NCBI GenBank assembly: GCA_944349765.1
Contig: CALVNN010000003.1
Coordinates: forward strand, 5,786 to 69,785
Source of the DNA: an uncultured Clostridia bacterium
Lineage (GTDB): Bacteria > Bacillota > Clostridia > Christensenellales > UBA1242
DNA: 64,000 bases
Direction: 5' to 3'
Below the pieces are notes generated by a model. It did not search any database, was not told the origin of the DNA, and saw only the letters and a list, made by a program, of their open reading frames with translations. This document shows, piece by piece, positions 36,056 through 45,271 of this stretch (the first letter of the stretch is position 1; every line of letters begins with the position of its first letter). Both the position numbers and the translations under genes were made by a program.

Positions 36056-36910
36056 ATGGCATTTTATACAGATTTGGCGTGTGAAAAATGTACAGATAAG
36101 TTGGCAAAATTAAATGATAAATTAAAATATGGTTGTGAAGAGATAGTAGTTAATATTAATTCACTAAAAAAACAAGAAAAGTATGGACTATATAAGGGCA
36201 ATTATTATTTCCTAGGCTGTCCTAATCTAAATTTATTAGCCCCCATAGTAAGTGATTATATAGTAGAGCAAGTAGCTAATTACTTAAAATTAGAATTGAA
36301 GAAAAAGCTTAAAAAGCAAACAGGTAAAGTTATGGTAGTTGGCTTAGGCAATGAATATTTGACTTGCGATAGTTTAGGAGTTAAAGTGACTAAGGGAATA
36401 GTTGTAACGCCGAGTGGCGTAAATGGTAATAGTTTGTGTGCCTTTTGTCCGGGAGTATTGGGACAGACTGGTATTGAAACTTCTAGCCTTGTAAAAAGTG
36501 TTGTCCAACTTACAAAACCTGATGTCGTTATAGTTGTTGATGCTCTGTGTGCTTTAAGCACCTCAAGGCTTGGTTCGTCTATTCAAATAAATGATGCTGG
36601 CATAGTGCCAGGAGGGGCGGTCGGAAATAATGGACAGATACTTAATAGCAAGTATTTAGGAGTGCCGACGTTAAGCATTGGGGTCCCACTAGTTGTACGC
36701 ACCGAAACAATAATTAGTGACGTATTAAGTGAGTTAAGTGACAATATGGTTGATTTTGACCAGTCTCTATTGAAAAATATTAGAAATTTTATAGTAACAC
36801 CTAAAAACATAGACTCTTTAGTAAAGTTAAATGCTGAGATAATATCTTCAGCAATAAATTTGAGTGTGCTTGATTTAAAAATTGACGAACAAAAAGCTAT
36901 ACTAAGGTAA
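36056..36910 (+). CDS. gpr: germination (spore) protease GPR, short form
   Basis: YTDLACE N-terminus, VVGLGNEYLTCDSLG, VIVVDAL and IGVPLVV motifs of the GPR/HybD fold. Confidence 0.75.
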   Translation: MAFYTDLACEKCTDKLAKLNDKLKYGCEEIVVNINSLKKQEKYGLYKGNYYFLGCPNLNLLAPIVSDYIVEQVANYLKLELKKKLKKQTGKVMVVGLGNEYLTCDSLGVKVTKGIVVTPSGVNGNSLCAFCPGVLGQTGIETSSLVKSVVQLTKPDVVIVVDALCALSTSRLGSSIQINDAGIVPGGAVGNNGQILNSKYLGVPTLSIGVPLVVRTETIISDVLSELSDNMVDFDQSLLKNIRNFIVTPKNIDSLVKLNAEIISSAINLSVLDLKIDEQKAILR

Positions 36911-36943
36911 AACATAAACAAGACCTAATTCATATATAAAGGT

Positions 36944-37648
36944 ATGAATAAAAAGATATTGTTTATAGATAGTGGAGTAGGTGCAATAAGTATTGTAAAT
37001 GCGGTTAGAGAGCTAGAGCCAAGAATAGATTGCCTTGTTTTTATTGATAACAAAAATGCACCTTTTGGAAATAAAAGTAATAAGTTTTTAAATAAAGTCT
37101 GCTTAAAAAATATTAAAACGTTACTTTTAAGATACGACATAGGATTAATTGTCTTAGCTTGCAATACATTGACTGTATCAAGTGTACACTATTTGCGTGA
37201 TAAGCTGGATATACCTATTGTTGGTACAGAACCTAACGTAAAGATAAACGACGACGCTTTAGCATTATGCACAGAATATACAGCAAAGTTTTGTCCGTTA
37301 TTAAAAAAGCATAGCAATATACAAATATTGCCTATGCCTAATTTAGCTACTTTAATTGATGCAAATTTATCTGATTTGAATGAGGTTAAGCCCTATTTAG
37401 CAAAAATGCTAGGTCCTTATAAACAGTATGATAATATTATACTAGGTTGTACTCATTATAATTTTATAAAAAAACAATTAAGCGCAGTTTTTAAAAAAGA
37501 CCTTATATGGATAGAAAATAAATATGGGGTAGCCAAAAGAGTTATACAATTAATAGATGATAACTTTATAGGTGAGCCAAACGTAAAATTAATACTTTCA
37601 AAGCCTGATAGTGATTTCGAAAAAAATCTTATAAAATTTATTCAATGA
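36944..37648 (+). CDS. murI: glutamate racemase
   Basis: ILFIDSGVGAISIV, APFGNKS, LACNT and GCTHY catalytic-Cys motifs. Confidence 0.85.
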   Translation: MNKKILFIDSGVGAISIVNAVRELEPRIDCLVFIDNKNAPFGNKSNKFLNKVCLKNIKTLLLRYDIGLIVLACNTLTVSSVHYLRDKLDIPIVGTEPNVKINDDALALCTEYTAKFCPLLKKHSNIQILPMPNLATLIDANLSDLNEVKPYLAKMLGPYKQYDNIILGCTHYNFIKKQLSAVFKKDLIWIENKYGVAKRVIQLIDDNFIGEPNVKLILSKPDSDFEKNLIKFIQ

Positions 37649-38915
37649 TATCTAAAATCAGTGGTGCTAAAGTAGGTTTAGTATCTGATAAAAGAATAAT
37701 ATTGTCTAATTCTTTATAAGTATTATTTAAATCCTTTTCTTGTATACTATAAAGTTCAGCGATGATTTCACCTTTAGTGACTTTATCGCCTTTTTGTTTA
37801 ATTAAGCGAATTCCGACGCTTAGGTCAATTGTGTCCTGTATATTTTTGCGTCCTCCGCCTAAGTTGTTGACTAATATACCTAATTCTTTTGGCTTGATAT
37901 CATAGATATAGCCATCATTTTTTGCACGGTACACATATGCTGGTTTTAATTCTTTGTCAAAGAAATCTGTAGATCCATTAAGTGCCACAACCATCTCTTT
38001 AAGTTTTTGCAAGCCTTCGCCACTTTGTATAAGTCTATCAAATTCAGCTTGATAGTCGCAATTAATATTAGCTAATTTTAGTATCTGTTTAAACAAAACA
38101 AATACAATATCACTTAGATTACTTTTTTGTCCTTTAAGTAAATTTATGGCGTCGTTAGTTTCTAATTCGCATCCGACAGATTTTCCTAGGGGAGTATTCA
38201 TATCTGTAATTACTGCACTTACTTTTTTGTTATAGGCTTTACCAATAGTTATACACAGACTAGCAAGATGCCTAGCATCCTCTAATGTCTTCATAAAAGC
38301 ACCTTCACCTACCTTAATGTCTAATACAATAACATCATTGTTAGATGCTATTTTTTTGCTCATTACAGAGCTAGCGATAAGTGGGATGCTTTGTACAGTC
38401 GAGGTAACATCTCTTAAGGCATATAATTTTTTATCAGCAGGCACGAGATTTGCGGTCTGTGATAGTATGACGCATCCTACTTGGTTTACAATGTCTATAA
38501 TCTTGTCTTGAGGCTGTTCGAGCTTAATACCTGTAAATACTTCTAATTTGTCTAGAGTACCACCAGTATGTCCGAGTCCTCTTCCGCTCATTTTTGCTAC
38601 CTTTAGCCCTTCGCAAGCAAGTAGTGGTACTAAGGCTATAGACGTCGTATCACTTACACCACCCGTAGAGTGCTTGTCTACTTTAATACCCTTTATCTTG
38701 GATAAGTCCATTATGTCGCCAGACCTGATCATAGCATCAGTTAAGTATATAGTTTCTTCGTCTTTTAGCCCATTTATGCAAATTGCCATTGTCATAGCAC
38801 TAGCTTGATAATCTGCTATGCTTCCTTTTACATAGCCATCCACAAAATAATTTATTTCCTCTTTTGTGAGCTTTTGGTTGGTTCTTTTTTTATCTAAAAT
38901 TTCTAATATATCCAT
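37638..38915 (-). CDS. pdp: pyrimidine-nucleoside (thymidine) phosphorylase
   Basis: KHSTGGVSDTTS, MSGRGLGHTGGTLDKLE and a C-terminal PYNP domain. Confidence 0.9.
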   Translation of the reverse strand: MDILEILDKKRTNQKLTKEEINYFVDGYVKGSIADYQASAMTMAICINGLKDEETIYLTDAMIRSGDIMDLSKIKGIKVDKHSTGGVSDTTSIALVPLLACEGLKVAKMSGRGLGHTGGTLDKLEVFTGIKLEQPQDKIIDIVNQVGCVILSQTANLVPADKKLYALRDVTSTVQSIPLIASSVMSKKIASNNDVIVLDIKVGEGAFMKTLEDARHLASLCITIGKAYNKKVSAVITDMNTPLGKSVGCELETNDAINLLKGQKSNLSDIVFVLFKQILKLANINCDYQAEFDRLIQSGEGLQKLKEMVVALNGSTDFFDKELKPAYVYRAKNDGYIYDIKPKELGILVNNLGGGRKNIQDTIDLSVGIRLIKQKGDKVTKGEIIAELYSIQEKDLNNTYKELDNIILLSDTKPTLAPLILDIIE

Positions 38916-39069
38916 ATGATCTCCTTTTTGTTGAATTCTACTAAAAATATTTATCTAAGTCAAGCGAATAAGCTGAATGTATAAAATATTTGCATACCTA
39001 ACTAAAATATGATATTATCTTTAACGTGGTGCTTCATTTTCATTTTAACAAGGAGGTTGCTTTTTTCAA

Positions 39070-39504
39070 GTGCGTGTAGTGGTACAAAGAGTAAAATATG
39101 CTAAGCTTAGCATAGAAGGTGTAGTAAAAGGTGAAATGGATAATGGCTTGGTTGTCTATGTGGGGTATGGTAAGTCAGATCAAAATAAAAATGATTGGCT
39201 AGTTAACAAAATTTGCGGATTAAGAGTATTTGAAGATGACAATAATAAACTGAATTTATCTGTAAAGGATATTAATGGTAAAATAATGGTCATATCCAAT
39301 TTTACATTATGTGGCAATTGCCAAAAAGGATTTAGACCGAGCTTTGAAGAAGCTATGGAATATAATCAGGCGTTAGAAATGTACAAAGACCTTTTACAAT
39401 CATTTACAGTGGCTATGCCAAATAGCATATTGAGCGGTGAATTTGGTGCTGATATGCAGATAGAGCAAATAAATGATGGACCTGTGAATATCATTATAGA
39501 ATAA
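39070..39504 (+). CDS. dtd: D-aminoacyl-tRNA deacylase
   Basis: GTG start. MRVVVQRVKYAKLSIEG..., ISNFTL and GPVNIIIE. Confidence 0.85.
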   Translation: MRVVVQRVKYAKLSIEGVVKGEMDNGLVVYVGYGKSDQNKNDWLVNKICGLRVFEDDNNKLNLSVKDINGKIMVISNFTLCGNCQKGFRPSFEEAMEYNQALEMYKDLLQSFTVAMPNSILSGEFGADMQIEQINDGPVNIIIE

Positions 39505-39517
39505 TGGAGGTTTAATT

Positions 39518-41119
39518 ATGGCGTTGAAAAATATAAACGAAATAGCAAATAAATTAAAGTTTAATGAAGAAGATATTATTCCTTATGGTAAATTTATCGC
39601 TAAGATTGCTCGTAAACCAAGTAAGCAAAAGGGGAAGTTGGTTCTTGTAACAGCTATCAATCCGACGCCCTCAGGTGAAGGGAAAACTACAGTCAGCGTA
39701 GGTCTTGCTGATGCATTTAATTTAAAGGGAGAAGCGGTGTGCTTAGCCCTAAGAGAGCCTTCTTTAGGACCTGTATTTGGTATGAAAGGCGGTGCGACAG
39801 GTGGCGGACTATCTAGAATTGAGCCGTCGAAATCTATTGACTTACACTTTACTGGTGATATACACGCTATCACGTCGGCAAATAATTTGCTTTGTGCTAT
39901 GATAGATAACCATATTTATTTTGGCAATGAATTAGGATTTGATAAAGTTACCTTTAATAGATGCATGGATATGAATGATCGAGCTTTGAGAAATATAGTT
40001 TGCGGTAGCGAGGGTTGCAGAAGGGAAGAAAAATTCAATATCACTGCTTCTAGTGAGATAATGGCTATACTATGTTTAGCTAAAGATATGGAGGATTTGA
40101 AACGTCGACTTGGCAATATTGTTGTTGGCCTTACTAAAAGTAATCAACCAATCTACGCGAAACAACTTAAAGCCGAAGATGCAATGTGCGTACTTTTGTT
40201 TGACGCAATTAAGCCTAATTTAGTACAGACCCTAATAGGGACACCAGCAATTGTACATGGAGGACCTTTTGCAAATATTGCACATGGGTGTAATAGTATT
40301 ATCGCGACAAACACCGCTTTGGGATGTGCTTCTTATGTGATAACCGAAGCTGGTTTTGGTGCGGATTTAGGTGCGGAAAAATTTTTTGATGTCAAGTGCA
40401 GAAAAGCCAATTTAAAGCCTGATGCGGTAGTGCTAGTGTGTACTATCAAGGCACTTAAATACAATGGCGGTGTGGAAGTAAAAGATTTGCAAGCGCCTAA
40501 TGTCGATGCTGTAGTAAAAGGTAGCGTAAATCTTATAAAACATATCAAAAATATTAAGGAAGTATACAAATTACCACTTGTGGTGGCAATTAACCGATTT
40601 GCTAGTGATAGTGAAGAAGAGATTGAAGTCGTTAAAAATATTGTTAATAAGTTTGATGTGGATTGTGAAGCCGTTGATGTATTTGGCCAAGGTGGGCAAG
40701 GTGCGTTAGGTTTGGTTGATAGGGTTATCAAGGCTTGTGATAGCAAAAATGAATTTACTTTTGCTTATCAGGACGAGGACGACATTGTAACTAAGTGTAC
40801 AAAAGTTGCGTGTAAAATATATGGTGCTAGTGGGGTGGAGCTAACTGAAGAAGCAAAAAAAGACCTAGAGTATATCCAAGGTCTAGGTAAGGCACACTAT
40901 CCAGTTGTAATAGCTAAGACTCAATATTCTTTAAGTGATGACCCGAAAGCATTAGGAGCTCCTAGTGACTTTAAATTGAAAATAAGAGCTTTTGAGCTGA
41001 GAAATGGTGCTGAGTTTATTGTAGCAATAGCTGGGGATATAATGCTTATGCCGGGCTTAAGTAGAGAGCCAAGAGCTACAAAAATGAGATGCAATCAAGA
41101 CGATTTTAATTTAGCGTAG
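39518..41119 (+). CDS. fhs: formate--tetrahydrofolate ligase
   Basis: LVTAINPTPSGEGKTT, EPSLGPVFGMKGGATGGG and VHGGPFANIAHGCNS. Confidence 0.9.
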   Translation: MALKNINEIANKLKFNEEDIIPYGKFIAKIARKPSKQKGKLVLVTAINPTPSGEGKTTVSVGLADAFNLKGEAVCLALREPSLGPVFGMKGGATGGGLSRIEPSKSIDLHFTGDIHAITSANNLLCAMIDNHIYFGNELGFDKVTFNRCMDMNDRALRNIVCGSEGCRREEKFNITASSEIMAILCLAKDMEDLKRRLGNIVVGLTKSNQPIYAKQLKAEDAMCVLLFDAIKPNLVQTLIGTPAIVHGGPFANIAHGCNSIIATNTALGCASYVITEAGFGADLGAEKFFDVKCRKANLKPDAVVLVCTIKALKYNGGVEVKDLQAPNVDAVVKGSVNLIKHIKNIKEVYKLPLVVAINRFASDSEEEIEVVKNIVNKFDVDCEAVDVFGQGGQGALGLVDRVIKACDSKNEFTFAYQDEDDIVTKCTKVACKIYGASGVELTEEAKKDLEYIQGLGKAHYPVVIAKTQYSLSDDPKALGAPSDFKLKIRAFELRNGAEFIVAIAGDIMLMPGLSREPRATKMRCNQDDFNLA

Positions 41120-42072
41120 AATTCTTTTGGTAAAGTGCATGAGGTAGGGGCTTTATCTGTGCGGATACCTTTGAATATAGGCTGACGCATACCTAAGTTG
41201 TCGGTCAAAAGCATATATTCTACAGTGCAAACTAGCTTTGGCTTTATCCATATGACGTCATATTTGATTTCTTTTAATAATGTTATCTGGTATGGCGGTG
41301 AATGAAGTAAGTTGTCTAAAGCAAAATTTAGTATAGTGTCAATATCAAACTTGCTAAATCCGAAGTATATACTAGAGCGTAATACTAGATTTTTGCCTTT
41401 GTATTGTGCTAGTAACAAATCTTTTGGCTTATTTGATTCTATTGTGAAGCCAACTATTACAAAGTCTTCATCTTTCCAATTTTTTATCTTTAGCCAATTA
41501 TGAGTGCGTTTGCCTATTAGGTACTTACTATCTAATCTTTTTGCTACTATGCCCTCCATATTGTTTGCTTTTACTATTTCAAATAATTCTTTTCCCTTTT
41601 CTAAGATTCCTTGAGATAGTTCTATGAAGCTATTTGGCGTGACGGTTTGCCGTAGGAGGTTTTCTCGTTCGGTTAAAGGTAGGTTAGTTATGTCTTTTCC
41701 ATTTATATATAAAATGTCAAATGCGACAAATTTTGCGGGGAGTTCACTTGCTAGACGCTTTATCTTTTTAGCGTCTTTTAGGTGGGCCCTTTTTTGAAGC
41801 CCGCTAAATAAAGGGCGTCCATCTCGGTCAAGTATTACTAATTCGCCATCAAGTATACATTCTTTATTTACTTGTTTGTTGATATCTTTTAGTTCCGGGT
41901 AGGTGGCGGTTATATCTACAAAACGTTTATTTTGAAGATATACGCCATTTTTACTTAGGTGAGCTATTGTCCTAGCACCGTCCAATTTTACCTCAAAATA
42001 ATAGTCTTTGCTGTTAAAAGGCTTATCTATTTCTTCTAATAGCATCGGAGATATGTTTTCGTTTATTTTCAT
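41095..42072 (-). CDS. ligD: ATP-dependent DNA ligase, LigD ligase-domain only
   Basis: Adenylation motif I FEVKLDGAR plus nucleotidyltransferase and OB-fold motifs (EGIVAK, WLKIK). At 325 aa it has no polymerase/primase or phosphoesterase domain. Confidence 0.8.
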   Translation of the reverse strand: MKINENISPMLLEEIDKPFNSKDYYFEVKLDGARTIAHLSKNGVYLQNKRFVDITATYPELKDINKQVNKECILDGELVILDRDGRPLFSGLQKRAHLKDAKKIKRLASELPAKFVAFDILYINGKDITNLPLTERENLLRQTVTPNSFIELSQGILEKGKELFEIVKANNMEGIVAKRLDSKYLIGKRTHNWLKIKNWKDEDFVIVGFTIESNKPKDLLLAQYKGKNLVLRSSIYFGFSKFDIDTILNFALDNLLHSPPYQITLLKEIKYDVIWIKPKLVCTVEYMLLTDNLGMRQPIFKGIRTDKAPTSCTLPKEFYAKLKSS

Positions 42073-42854
42073 TTAACCCTTCTTATTTTTGGTTTTTCCT
42101 CAGCTTTTTCTTGTTCTTTGAGGCTCTTTTTTAGTGCGTCAAGTAGGTTTATTACATTAGGTGGACGATTAGATACTACTTGTTTAATCTGCTTGCCATT
42201 TATTTTAGTTTGTATAGCGTTTAATAATCTTTCGTGATAGTCGTCTTTATAATCACTAGCTTTAAATGGCTTAGTCATACTTTTTATTATATTTAAGGCA
42301 AGTTTATATTCCTCGCTATTTTTGGCAGGTGCTTTGACCGCTTTTGTAGGATTTGCTTGAACTTCTTCATAAAAATACATTGTACTCATTACTAGCGAGC
42401 CGTCTTTTGCTCTAATGACTATTAAGCTTTCTTTTGTGCCTAATATGCTCTTAGCTATGGCTACTTTATTTTCTTTTTGCATAGCATTTACTAATAAAGA
42501 GTAGGCTTGTTCCGCTCCGTTTGGAGAGACATAATAGCTCTTTTCATAGTATATGGGGTCTATATCCTTTAAGTCTGCAAATTGTAATATGGTAATTGTT
42601 TTGTCTTTTTTGGATTTTAATTTTTCAAAGTCATCATTGTCAAATGTCACATATTGGTCGTCGTCGTATTCATATCCTTTAACAATGTCTGAAGCTTGCA
42701 CTTCTCCATCACATTCTGGGCAAGTTTTTATATATCTTATTCGAGAATTATATTTTTTATGTAGCATATTAAATCCAATGTCATTATTTTTTATTACCAA
42801 ATTTAATGTAACTGGGATGTACACCAAGCCAAATGATATTGCTGATTTTATCAT
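42069..42854 (-). CDS. ku: Ku protein (non-homologous end joining)
   Basis: ISFGLVYIPVTL N-terminus and a Ku core with a basic C-terminal tail. Its stop overlaps the ligase start (ATGA). Confidence 0.85.
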   Translation of the reverse strand: MIKSAISFGLVYIPVTLNLVIKNNDIGFNMLHKKYNSRIRYIKTCPECDGEVQASDIVKGYEYDDDQYVTFDNDDFEKLKSKKDKTITILQFADLKDIDPIYYEKSYYVSPNGAEQAYSLLVNAMQKENKVAIAKSILGTKESLIVIRAKDGSLVMSTMYFYEEVQANPTKAVKAPAKNSEEYKLALNIIKSMTKPFKASDYKDDYHERLLNAIQTKINGKQIKQVVSNRPPNVINLLDALKKSLKEQEKAEEKPKIRRVK

Positions 42855-42910
42855 TTTATAAACTCCTATAACACTTTTTAAAATATTTTGTGCAAAAAGT
42901 TAAAATATTA

Positions 42911-42939
42911 TTGACAAAATAAAAAAATACGTATATAAT
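42911..42939 (+). promoter_or_regulatory. consensus sigma-A promoter (TTGACA, 17 nt, TATAAT)
   Basis: -35 at 42911-42916 and -10 at 42934-42939. Confidence 0.65.
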
Positions 42940-42945
42940 AGGCTT

Positions 42946-43080
42946 TGTAAATTGAATATTTCTCTAGAGCTTAAGACAGTAAGTGGCCTATGCCTTAAAT
43001 TTTTGCTTACCGAGGTTCGTTAAGAGTCGTTATATACTCTTTGCGTATTCTTTAGCTCGCAAAGAGTTTTATTTTTATTT
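42946..43080 (+). promoter_or_regulatory. ribosomal protein L10 (rplJ) leader with a terminator-like attenuator hairpin
   Basis: A ~160-nt 5' UTR precedes rplJ. The hairpin ACTCTTTGCG...CGCAAAGAGT (43036-43067) is followed by TTTTATTTTT. This fits the autoregulatory L10 leader of Firmicutes. Confidence 0.55.
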
Positions 43081-43105
43081 ACGACTTTTAACAGGAGGTT
43101 TCTAA

Positions 43106-43600
43106 ATGAGCGTTATACGTGAACAAAAAGAAGCGGTAGTTGAAGAGATCAAGGATAAAGTTTCTAGAGCTAAAGCTGTGGTATTTATCAATTACCAAGG
43201 TATTAATGTTGCAGATGATACAGCACTTCGTGCTAAGTTCCGTGCAAGTAATGTTGAATACCACGTCTACAAGAACCGTCTTCTTCTTCGTGCTTTAAAT
43301 GATTTGGGTATTGAAGGCTTTGAAGATGTGCTTCAAGGTACGACATCTGTAGCTTTTGACTTTGACGAAGAGACTAATGCCGCTAGAATTGCATACGAAT
43401 ATGAAAAAGACAACAATGTATTACAATTAAAATGCGGTATTATGAATAACGCAAAGGTTGAAAAAGACTATGTAGTTAAATTAGCTAAGTTGCCTACTAA
43501 GCCTGCGCTTATTGGTCAATTGCTTAGCGTTCTTAATGGTCCTATCCGTGGACTTGCTGTTGCTCTTAATGCAATCGCAGAAAAAAATCAAGAAAATTAA
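43106..43600 (+). CDS. rplJ: 50S ribosomal protein L10
   Basis: 164 aa. KEAVVEEIKDKVSRAKAVVFINYQGINV pattern. Confidence 0.9.
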   Translation: MSVIREQKEAVVEEIKDKVSRAKAVVFINYQGINVADDTALRAKFRASNVEYHVYKNRLLLRALNDLGIEGFEDVLQGTTSVAFDFDEETNAARIAYEYEKDNNVLQLKCGIMNNAKVEKDYVVKLAKLPTKPALIGQLLSVLNGPIRGLAVALNAIAEKNQEN

Positions 43601-43627
43601 TTAAAATTTTAAGGAGATAGTAATAAA

Positions 43628-43999
43628 ATGGCAGATTTGAATAAGATTGTTGATGAAATCAAAGAACTTTCAGTTGTTGAAGTTAGTGAATTAGTAAAAA
43701 TGTTAGAGGAAGAATTCGGCGTTAGTGCAGCTGCTCCAGTTATGGTAGCTGGTCCAGTTGCTGGTGGCGAAGCTGCTGCTGAAGAGAAGTCAAGCTTTAA
43801 CGTAGTATTAAAGGATGCTGGTGCTAGCAAGATTAATGTTATCAAGATCGTTAAGGAAGTTACTGAATTAAGTCTTGGTGAAGCTAAGGCTTTGGTTGAT
43901 GGTGCTCCTAAGACTATCAAAGAAAATGTTCCTGCTGAAGAAGCTAAGGCTATCGAAGCTAAGCTTAAGGAAGCTGGTGCTACAGTTGAATTAGCATAA
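43628..43999 (+). CDS. rplL: 50S ribosomal protein L7/L12
   Basis: An Ala-rich hinge and [28 protein letters not shown]...[12 protein letters not shown]. Confidence 0.95.
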   Translation: MADLNKIVDEIKELSVVEVSELVKMLEEEFGVSAAAPVMVAGPVAGGEAAAEEKSSFNVVLKDAGASKINVIKIVKEVTELSLGEAKALVDGAPKTIKENVPAEEAKAIEAKLKEAGATVELA

Positions 44000-44024
44000 A
44001 GATTTAGAAATTACTGTTTATAAA

Positions 44025-44064
44025 GCAAAAAAAGCCTTCACCTTGTTGTGAGGGTTTTTGCTTT
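44025..44064 (+). terminator. rho-independent terminator
   Basis: GCAAAAAAAGCCTTCACC...GTGAGGGTTTTTGC extended stem followed by Ts. Confidence 0.75.
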
Positions 44065-44245
44065 TCTATTGTTAAAAGTGTTGATTATGTTACTTTAATA
44101 ATATAAAGTTATAAAATTTTAAATTTTTTTTACAAAAATAGTAGACTTTTGGAAATGATATTTATATAATAGCATAAATAAGTTTTGATAGCTTTGTTTT
44201 TGTATGAACTTATTTCATTTATACTTTGTGTATAGGAGATTATTT

Positions 44246-44797
44246 ATGAAAAAGAATGTTTATGTTAGATGCCCAAGATGCGAATTAAATTATATATTGA
44301 AGAAAGATAAGTTTTGTAATGTTTGTAAGAGTGAGATGCAAGCAAGCAATGAAAAGTACGAGGACCTTGATCTAGAGTTGTGTCCTATTTGTCATACAAA
44401 CTTTTTACATGGTGATGAGCAAATTTGTGAGGCTTGCCGTGAAGAAGGCGACTATGATTTAGAGTATGATGACGAAGAGAAAGAGTGGCGTCGTTACATT
44501 GGCGAAGAGGATGAGATTGAGTCAGACGACGAAGAATTAGGTGACAACGCAAGTGTTATAGATATGGATGATGATCATCTGGATTATGATGACGACTTTT
44601 TGGATTTTGACAAGTCTATGGGTGGGGATGATATACCTTCTGATGAGTTTGATTTGGATGATGTTTATGATGATGACGATGAGGACGAAGACGACGAAGA
44701 AGATGATGACGACGATGATGATTTAGATGATTATGACGACGACGATGACGATGACGACGATGATGACGATGATGATGACGACAAAAAGAAGAGGTAA
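44246..44797 (+). CDS. double zinc-ribbon protein with an extreme poly-Asp/Glu C-terminal tail
   Basis: The ATG at 44246 follows an AGGAG. CPRC...CNVC and CPIC...CEAC motifs are followed by ~100 aa that are >60% D/E, ending DDDDDDDDDDDDDDKKKR. Confidence 0.7.
   Translation: MKKNVYVRCPRCELNYILKKDKFCNVCKSEMQASNEKYEDLDLELCPICHTNFLHGDEQICEACREEGDYDLEYDDEEKEWRRYIGEEDEIESDDEELGDNASVIDMDDDHLDYDDDFLDFDKSMGGDDIPSDEFDLDDVYDDDDEDEDDEEDDDDDDDLDDYDDDDDDDDDDDDDDDDKKKR
44661..44782 (+). repeat. GAT/GAC/GAA codon run (coding low-complexity)
   Basis: Near-continuous GAT/GAC triplets encode the poly-Asp tail. Confidence 0.85.
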
Positions 44798-44803
44798 TAT
44801 TTA

Positions 44804-45226
44804 ATGTTGTATATTGGGGCGGATCACGCTGGTTTTAATCTTAAGTCAAAATTGGTGGATTATTTGTCTAGCAAAAATGTTCAGTTTGAGGATGTGGGTA
44901 CTTTTAGCGAAGAAAGTGTAGACTATCCTTTGATAGCACAAAAATTGTGCCTTAAAATACTTGATGGTGACAAAGGAATATTGATATGCGGTACGGGTAT
45001 AGGTATGAGTATTGCTAGCAATAGATTTAAAAATATTCGTGCGGCTCTTTGCTATGACGTTGAAAGCGCAAAATTAGCACGCAATCATAATAATGCTAAT
45101 GTCTTAGTACTTAAAGGGAGAAATCAAGATACCCAGCTTTCTATCAAAATAGTTGAAGCCTTTTTGACTGAGCCTTTTGAGGGCGGTAGACATCAAGGAA
45201 GAATAGACGAATTGAACGATTTATAA
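44804..45226 (+). CDS. rpiB: ribose-5-phosphate isomerase B
   Basis: IGADHAGFNLK and ILICGTGIGMSIASNR, RpiB/LacAB family. Confidence 0.85.
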   Translation: MLYIGADHAGFNLKSKLVDYLSSKNVQFEDVGTFSEESVDYPLIAQKLCLKILDGDKGILICGTGIGMSIASNRFKNIRAALCYDVESAKLARNHNNANVLVLKGRNQDTQLSIKIVEAFLTEPFEGGRHQGRIDELNDL

Positions 45227-45271
45227 TAAAAACTTCTAAGCGAATGGGCTTAGAAGTTTTTTATTATTAGA

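Noticed and set aside
43609-43920. 103-aa minus-strand ORF opposite rplL, and similar antisense ORFs opposite fhs, valS, gpr, pdp, spoIIP and ffh
   Set aside because: These are mirror frames of highly conserved housekeeping genes. Their compositions are typical of antisense translation.
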